Assembly (NCBI GenBank): GCA_030390025.1
Contig: CM059427.1
Span: 186,682,001 to 186,746,000, forward strand
Direction: 5' to 3'
Origin: Squalus acanthias
Taxonomy: Eukaryota
DNA: 64,000 bases
Shown here: positions 60,001-64,000 of the stretch, piece after piece
Layout: every line of letters starts with the position of its first letter
Position numbering within the stretch: position 1 is the first letter of the stretch
Program-made: the position numbers and the translations under genes
Notes under the pieces: generated by a model
Told to the model about the DNA's origin: nothing
Databases searched by the model: none
The model's input: only the letters and a program-made list of their open reading frames with translations

Positions 60001-60789
60001 ATTGTGGTGTCATTCCTGAAGAAGCATTGTCATGGAAGCATTGTCATGGATTAATTCTTGCTAAATATTATGGCCAGGAAGATATTATACAAATTTTCTT
60101 TCCTAATGTTGTGCCAGTTTTCTCCTCTTTCCTCTTTTCCTCCCATGTTGGTGCTGATCTTGACTTTGTGCGATAGTGTAAAATGTGTAACAGTGAGTCG
60201 ACAGCCCGTTTTACATCTTTCTCCATTTTTATTTCCATTTGTTTTACACTATCGCACACTACCTCATTGAGTGCAGTTCTCATTCAAGTAGCCATTATTC
60301 AAGTACAAGCCTAGACAATGAGGATCATTTGCCTATTGTACAGCAGGAAGCATCACAGCTGAATCGGATTCTTTACTTACCAGTCATCTGCACACATCTC
60401 CTCTCCAGAAGGAATCACTGGATTGGAACCAGGAAGTAGAACCCTATGTGACTTTTTTTTTTCCCTGTCCCTAACTGAAGGGACAGTTGCAGCACTCCAG
60501 TGTTCCTGAGTGAGGTCAGTTAACTTGGATTAGGAATTAAACTGAGGACCTTCTGGCCTGTATGGCTTAATGGTAAATCAGACAGTAGGGTTATCTACTG
60601 GGTCATTAGGGAAGCTTAATTTTTTTTTAGAAAAGTTAATCTATAAACTAAATGTGAAATCTATGCTTATTCGTCTGACAGATGTTTACACTTTTAAACA
60701 TACCAATGTCGTTCTTTTCGGGAGTCTGGCTCTTCTCATCATCATTATCCTGGCAGTGGTGCTGTGTCTAAGAAGGAGCAAGCTTGCAG
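8366..60789 (+). CDS. Spliced type-I membrane IgSF receptor with eight Ig domains, (V-C2-V-C2)x2; CD4/LAG-3/G6F-like/DICP-type architecture. join(8366..8453,13292..13633,16749..17018,26776..27114,27961..28230,38311..38655,53810..54082,55762..56100,58479..58748,60682..60789,...)
   Basis: Ten exons with pyrimidine-rich AG acceptors and GT donors, all phase 1, no stops (2644 nt). Signal peptide, Ig motifs (B-strand Cys, C-strand Trp, DAGVYxC, NWxC) and a hydrophobic TM followed by RRSK. The cytoplasmic exon is uncertain. Confidence 0.88.
8582..9252. mobile_element. Non-autonomous DNA transposon (MITE), same family as 56142-58441
   Basis: Shares long stretches with 56142-56880 (aaactcatttgcatat, aaatcacagtatcga, gtggaaactccc); imperfect terminal inverted repeats. 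Confidence 0.65.
10984..12667 (-). mobile_element. Solo LTR related to the 5247-6962 LTR, in intron 1
   Basis: TGTAA...CTACA termini, a 4-bp target-site duplication TGAT (10980-10983 and 12668-12671), and diverged colinear similarity to the proviral LTR. Confidence 0.9.
13292..13633 (+). CDS. Ig domain D1 exon (V-like, no cysteines, Trp-rich)
   Basis: ctaacag| acceptor, |gtgagt donor; [19 protein letters not shown]; paralog of 38311-38655. Confidence 0.88.
14570..14930. repeat. 60-bp pyrimidine-rich minisatellite (about 5-6 copies)
   Basis: ctccggccttccgacctccccctccagccttccgatctctctctgatctccaattccct repeats at 14581, 14641, 14701, 14761 and 14821. Confidence 0.95.
15090..15658 (+). mobile_element. 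CR1-group LINE 3' end with poly(A) tail
   Basis: [17 protein letters not shown]...HHLLKG, then 3' UTR and an A-run at about 15644-15658. Confidence 0.85.
16749..17018 (+). CDS. Ig domain D2 exon (C2-type)
   Basis: tttcacag| acceptor, |gtaagt donor; VTLSC, LQW, LYACEV. Confidence 0.9.
17436..17680 (+). pseudogene. Relic third copy of the D2/D6 exon 3' part plus downstream intron
   Basis: Reads [29 protein letters not shown]. The donor is mutated to tt, and the following intron sequence matches the flank at 54083-54230. Confidence 0.8.
17901..21283. mobile_element. Internally deleted PIF/Harbinger transposon with a nested CR1
   Basis: GGCC-type ends; transposase 5' and 3' remnants (19960-20180) homologous to 34062-35250; Myb-like exon remnant on minus strand (about 20760-21010). 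Confidence 0.75.
17961..19480 (-). mobile_element. CR1 LINE (APE and RT fragments, internally deleted)
   Basis: [34 protein letters not shown]; catagaat-type tail at 17961. Confidence 0.92.
21730..22080 (-). mobile_element. Degenerate L2-type LINE 3' fragment
   Basis: [11 protein letters not shown] motif, similar to 61045-61460. Confidence 0.55.
22525..24089 (+). pseudogene. Harbinger Myb/SANT-like DNA-binding protein; spliced 22525-22764, 23108-23267, 23424-about 24089; frameshifted in the last exon
   Basis: PRFDDDSL...W..IAEEV...[13 protein letters not shown]; [17 protein letters not shown]; basic C-terminus RRTRKRK; GT-AG junctions. Confidence 0.85.
24450..25572 (-). pseudogene. Harbinger (HARBI1-like) DDE transposase, N-terminus disrupted
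   Basis: ORF 24485..25246 has VDCTHV, NVQLVC, HDSFIL, GDKGYP and [15 protein letters not shown]. Confidence 0.92.
26776..27114 (+). CDS. Ig domain D3 exon (V-type)
   Basis: cgcag| acceptor, |gtagga donor; [27 protein letters not shown]. Confidence 0.92.
27159..27923. mobile_element. Harbinger-type MITE in the D3-D4 intron
   Basis: TIRs GGCCCAAAAATTC / GAATTTCTAGGCC, TSD ATT; a deleted sister copy lies at 53369-53659. Confidence 0.85.
27961..28230 (+). CDS. Ig domain D4 exon (C2-type with WxC)
   Basis: tttacacag| acceptor, |gtaagt donor; VILTC, LVW, NWIC. Confidence 0.92.
28377..29110 (+). mobile_element. CR1-group LINE 3' fragment with A tail
   Basis: [11 protein letters not shown]...HHLLKG, then an A-run at 29100-29109. 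Confidence 0.8.
29970..30041. repeat. (GTA)n(GTG)n compound microsatellite
   Basis: Directly visible; explains the poly-Val ORF. Confidence 0.97.
31104..31835. mobile_element. Harbinger-type MITE, same family as 29548
   Basis: Perfect 13-bp TIRs GGGCTGGATTTTG / CAAAATCCAGCCC, TSD TAT, and shared internal gatgacatcatcagaggcgactttcagactg. Confidence 0.92.
32110..32585. repeat. CpG-rich irregular tandem repeat (GAAC/ACGA units with recurring attggaactta)
   Basis: attggaactta at about 32170, 32293, 32374 and 32495; gcgcgcacttagacaaatg occurs twice. Confidence 0.8.
33515..37705. mobile_element. Degenerate PIF/Harbinger transposon: transposase on + (34062-35250), Myb-like gene on - (37449-35520)
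   Basis: Frameshifted [24 protein letters not shown]; minus strand FSDASL...WLEIAEE...RTWVQC. Right end poorly defined. Confidence 0.88.
38311..38655 (+). CDS. Ig domain D5 exon (paralog of D1, no cysteines)
   Basis: ttcttgcag| acceptor, |gtaagt donor; [24 protein letters not shown] shared with D1. Confidence 0.9.
38915..39082 (-). mobile_element. L2-type LINE fragment copy A, which resumes at 48138
   Basis: Similar to 52046-52200; gaggcagtggagggat is continued by tgagactggtggtggagagg at 48138. Confidence 0.7.
39083..43330 (-). mobile_element. Near full-length CR1 LINE (ORF1 Zn-finger/esterase from 43057; degenerate ORF2 APE-RT)
   Basis: catagaat tail at 39083; [41 protein letters not shown] in several frames. 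Confidence 0.93.
43330..48090. repeat. 12-bp satellite CCTCTCGCCG(C/T)T, roughly 390-400 units
   Basis: Directly visible, with 9- and 15-bp variant units and a 315-bp higher-order duplication (ctcact markers at 45115/45430, 45256/45571, 45301/45616). Confidence 0.98.
48323..52045 (+). mobile_element. CR1 LINE (5'-truncated ORF1 SGNH esterase, ORF2 APE-RT with few disruptions)
   Basis: GDSILRG, HIGTND, DGLHLN; NARS, ITETW, YYRPP; intact RT 50575-51957; CR1 3' tail. Confidence 0.95.
50478..50569 (-). mobile_element. Short Penelope-like fragment with a hammerhead-ribozyme core, inserted in CR1
   Basis: 10-bp direct repeat CAGGGGAGGT (50468-50477 and 50567-50576). The minus strand reads CTGAGGA-AGGAGC-loop-GCTCC-GAAA-GCTT-GTG. 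Confidence 0.7.
52245..52700 (+). mobile_element. CR1 LINE 3' fragment
   Basis: RRLRGDL, FTQRVV and a CR1 3' UTR. Confidence 0.8.
52701..53295. mobile_element. Harbinger-type MITE
   Basis: Ends GGGCCTGAAATTT and GATTTCTAGGCC. Confidence 0.55.
53369..53659. mobile_element. Deleted copy of the 27159-27923 MITE
   Basis: Same left end ggcccaaaaattcggc and near-identical right part (caggtctcctgtcaaatctatgaatgaaagatgg). Confidence 0.85.
53810..54082 (+). CDS. Ig domain D6 exon (paralog of D2; F-strand Cys replaced by Trp)
   Basis: tttttgcag| acceptor, |gtaagt donor; ITLSC, LHW, LYTWEV. Confidence 0.9.
55762..56100 (+). CDS. Ig domain D7 exon (paralog of D3, V-type)
   Basis: ttgcag| acceptor, |gtagga donor; [18 protein letters not shown]. 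Confidence 0.92.
56142..58441. mobile_element. MITE (8582 family) in the D7-D8 intron, interrupted by a CR1
   Basis: Similar to 8582-9252; ends gggtagagtttcc and ggaaactccaggac. Confidence 0.7.
56886..58393 (-). mobile_element. 5'-truncated CR1 LINE with uninterrupted RT frame
   Basis: ORF 56986..58443 has [37 protein letters not shown]; catagaaa tail. Confidence 0.95.
58479..58748 (+). CDS. Ig domain D8 exon (paralog of D4, C2 with WxC)
   Basis: tttacacag| acceptor, |gtaagt donor; VTLTC, LVW, NWTC; about 67 of 90 residues identical to D4 by hand count. Confidence 0.92.
59200..59319. repeat. 15-bp minisatellite GATTGGCCGGGGA(A/T)T x8
   Basis: Eight units counted directly. Confidence 0.97.
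60682..60789 (+). CDS. Transmembrane exon, [36 protein letters not shown]
   Basis: ctgacag| acceptor, |gtaagg donor, phase 1; uncharged hydrophobic run of about 21 aa followed by RRSK. Confidence 0.88.
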
Positions 60790-61044
60790 GTAAGGTATGC
60801 AAATTGCTGCAACCAATTTCAGGTTTCATACATGTAATATAATGTGAATGTGGCACCTGATTCCAAAAATGAGTAATAATAATTATATCCTTGTTTAATA
60901 TTAAACAATATAATCCATTAGTATTAGATAAACGGATGTGTTTGTCTTTCTATGTGTCAAATATTCTAGGAAGGCAATAGTTCCTGAACTGCTGAATGAT
61001 GGGAGTTCTACACTAGGCTCTGCAGCTGGTCCCAGATAAATAAC

Positions 61045-61460
61045 AACAACCTGCATTGATATAGCACCTTTAAAGTAGTAAAATGTCCCAAGGCACCTAA
61101 CAGGAGCGTTATCAAACAAAATTTGACACCGAGCCACATAAGGAGATATTAGGACTGGTGACCAAAAGCTTGGTCAAAGAGGGAGGTTTCAAGGAGCCTC
61201 TTAATGGGGAGAGATAGGTAGAGAGGCAGAGAGGTTTGGGGAAGGAATTCCAGAGCTTAGGGCCTAGCCAGCTGAAGGCACGGCCGTCAGTGATGGAGCG
61301 ATGAAAATCAGGGATGCGCAAGAGGCCCGAATTGGAGGAGCGCAGAGATCTCGGAGGGTTACAGGACTGGAGAAGGTTACAGAGATGGAGAGGAGCAAAG
61401 CCATGAAGAGATTTGAAAGCAACAATGAGAATTTTAAAATCGAGGCATTGCCGGACTGGG
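61045..61460 (-). mobile_element. L2-type LINE 3' end
   Basis: GRAFSWLGPKLWNSFP and an L2-like tail ending in (GTT)n. Confidence 0.75.
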
Positions 61461-62006
61461 CATAATATCGGTTACAAGTGTTCTGGATATTTCTTCAGTT
61501 ATCTTTGAAATCAGGGGAAACATAATTTGGGACATATAATAACTAAGTGGATTACACAATAGAGCCATCTATACATGGTCTACAGGAAGAATGGGTTCAA
61601 TGGGCTGAATGATCTTCATATTCCATACTTTTTGCACTTGTGTTGATTATATCTGGTAATGAAAAGATTTGAAAGGCACAGGGATAAGCCAATATATTAT
61701 AATATTCTGTAGAGCTCCATTCATTTTCTGACTGTCGGAATTTTATCTGTGAATTGTAATTGAGTTGAATAATATTGATTTATCCTAGAATTTTTTTACC
61801 AGATTGCCTTGAAGGAATTTCAGTTTTCTTTTCTTGGAAATGTTACCTATGGTTATTCATCTTGAGATAGAGAGAGGGAGACAAAATAAATTTGAGAATG
61901 TTCCCGGGAGTACAACCTGTACATGGTGCACTGAATGGAGGAAACCTGATTCTCTGAATGACCACTTCTTTTGTACTTTTTAAAATCTTTATGCATAAAA
62001 GTTAAT

Positions 62007-62701
62007 GGCCCGGATTTTGCTGCACTAATAAAGGTGAGGCTGTCAGTGCTCACCGTTATTACTGGTTAAACTTGACAGCAAACGCTGTGTCCACACATGC
62101 GCAGTTAAAGGCGGAAATCCGGAAGTTGCTGTCAGTGATACCTTGCTCCTCCACAGGGTGCGCTGTTGCAGTCTTCGCCAATGGAATTTGGACAAAGATC
62201 ACTGTCATGGTGTGAACTTAAGCTAATTAACCATTATTATTCCACTAACGACTGAGGAAAAACGTAAACCTTGTTCAATCAGGAGCAACTGAATTTTAAC
62301 CGTGTAGTAAGTCATATTTACTGCTTGAAAAACCTGTCTGGCCCGGAAAAATTAATTTTAGAAGTCTGGAGTCTCTTTCCCTCAGAAGAAAATTAATGTT
62401 GCAGATTTTTAAAAAGATAATAATTTTGTGTTTTTCTATTTAAGTTTCTCCTTTAATCCCATGTGTATGGCCCAATGTTTATTTTGCTTTCTGTACAATG
62501 ATTTAAATGTAATTTATATTTCCTGCTTTTTACTTCCCGCTTTGCCGTCTATGAGGATTCTTCAATCTGATTGGTTGATCAGCCTCCCTGCTGCTTTCCC
62601 TGTTCACAGACGCCACAGATCCCCTGTAGAGGGTTCCTTATTCAAACTGAAGCCGGAAATTAGGAAGTCTGCGCTCTCAAGACCACAAAAACTTTGTGGG
62701 C
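62007..62701. mobile_element. Harbinger-type MITE
   Basis: Left end GGCCCGGATTTT, imperfect right end AAAACTTTGTGGGC. Confidence 0.45.
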
Positions 62702-62849
62702 AGCTGCCACATTTCATACATTACAACAGTGACTATACTTTAAAACGTACTTCATTAGCTTTGAGACATGCTTAGGCCAAGAAAGGTGCTCAAGAAATGC
62801 AAGTCTTTCTGTACACCACAGACTACACTAAGAACACACTGAATCATTG

Positions 62850-63186
62850 GATAGATACAATAATATTGACCCGGACTGTACGGTCAGCAGTGAAGGATTG
62901 GCGCTCGCCGTTCACCTCAAACAGCTGCCCACAAAGAGAAGGCAGGCGGTCCTGTACCCCCCAACTGGCAGGAGGCCCTCGCCACAAGTCTGCCAGGCTA
63001 TGTGGAGGGAGGTGGCACACCACGTCACGGGCAGCACTGTGCTCCCCAGGACCTCCACACAGTGCAGGAGGAAGTTTAACGAGCTCACACGAGTAGTCAG
63101 GGTGAGTGAAGGCTTCAACAAATGCTACATACCACCATCTGTACCACAAGCTTCAAACACTGCTCAATGCACCACACCCCCAGCAC
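62850..63186 (+). mobile_element. Harbinger Myb/SANT-like exon fragment
   Basis: LYPPTGRRP...WREVA...RTSTQCRRKFNEL followed by gtgagt. Confidence 0.75.
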
Positions 63187-63660
63187 TCACTGCTTGAATA
63201 TACTCAATGACTGAGCATCTACAGCCCTCTGGGATAGAGAATTCCAAAGATTCACTACCCTCTGAGTGAAGACATTTCTCCTCATCTCAGTTTGAGATGG
63301 CCGACCCCTTATTCTGAGACTGTGACCCCTGGTTCTAGACTCCCCAGCCAGGGGAAACATCCTCCCTGTAAGAATTTTGTATATTTCAATGAGATCACCT
63401 CTCATTCTTCTAAACTCCAGAGAATATAGGCCTAGTCTACTCAATCTCTTCCTCATCGGACAATCCCCCCTTCCCAGGAATCAGTCTGGTGAACCTTTAT
63501 TGTACTCCCTCTATGGCAAGTATATCCTTCCTTAGGTAAGGAGAGCAAAACTGTAAACAGTACTCCAGGTGTGGTCTCACCAAGGCCCTATATAATTGCA
63601 GTAAGATGTCTTTACTCTTATACTCGAATCCTTTTGTAATAAAGGCCAACATACCAGCAA
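63187..63660 (-). mobile_element. CR1 LINE RT 3' fragment
   Basis: [27 protein letters not shown]. Confidence 0.9.
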
Positions 63661-63684
63661 GACACTATCAGGTCCTCACGATGT

Positions 63685-64000
63685 CCAATAGCACTTCACA
63701 GCCAATACATTGCTTTTGAAGTGTAGTTACTGTTGTTATCAAGGAAAACTTAGCAATCAAATTGAACTAATGAAGATCCTGCAACAGCAAATGAGATGAA
63801 TGATCACTTAAATAACAACAGAAAAAGCTGGAAAAACTCAGCAGGCCAGGCAGCATCCGTGGAGAGAGAAAGAGAGTTAACGTTTCAGGTCGATGACCGA
63901 TGATCACTTAGTCTGTTTCTTGGTGCTGTTGGTTGACGGAGAAATTTTGGCCAGGACACTGGAAGAACTCTGTGAGCTTTGATCTTTGACATCCAACTGT
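63685..64000 (-). mobile_element. Deu-domain SINE-like fragment with an 89-bp Penelope-related insert (63811-63899)
   Basis: From recall, resembles shark Deu-SINE sequence (ttggccaggacac, cagcaaatgagat). The insert is flanked by an 11-bp TSD ATGATCACTTA (63800-63810 and 63900-63910). Confidence 0.55.

Noticed and set aside
8366-60789. Naming the Ig gene CD4 or LAG3
   Set aside because: It has eight domains, a Cys-free single-exon D1, and no visible CxC/CxH or LAG-3 tail; orthology cannot be shown from this window.
61803-61870. Alternative cytoplasmic exon after tttttttaccag
   Set aside because: It gives a hydrophobic peptide with no recognisable motif and has no supporting evidence.

Overview
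Repeat-rich vertebrate genomic DNA. The repeat content (CR1 and L2 LINEs, Deu-type SINE, many PIF/Harbinger elements and MITEs, Penelope-type fragments) suggests a cartilaginous fish; this is inference. The only host gene is a spliced plus-strand immunoglobulin-superfamily gene spanning about 8.3-61 kb. It has a leader exon, eight single-exon Ig domains in two tandem V-C2-V-C2 cassettes, and a transmembrane exon. All joins are phase-1 GT-AG introns and give an open frame of about 881 codons. The architecture (V-C2-V-C2, WxC in the membrane-proximal C2 of each cassette) is that of the CD4/LAG-3/G6F-like/DICP group, but doubled and with Cys-free first V domains. A decayed third copy of the second-domain exon survives in an intron. 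The left end holds a minus-strand endogenous retrovirus-like provirus with a 1.7-kb LTR, tRNA-Arg PBS, coiled-coil/CCHC gag, an in-frame UGA-CUAG gag-pol junction, foamy/lokiretrovirus-like RT, a tether plus second RNase H, and integrase. A related solo LTR lies in intron 1. The introns contain a full-length Harbinger with TIRs and TSD, two degenerate Harbingers, nested MITEs, several CR1 copies, and a 4.8-kb 12-bp satellite that appears to lie within the 5' end of a CR1 insertion.
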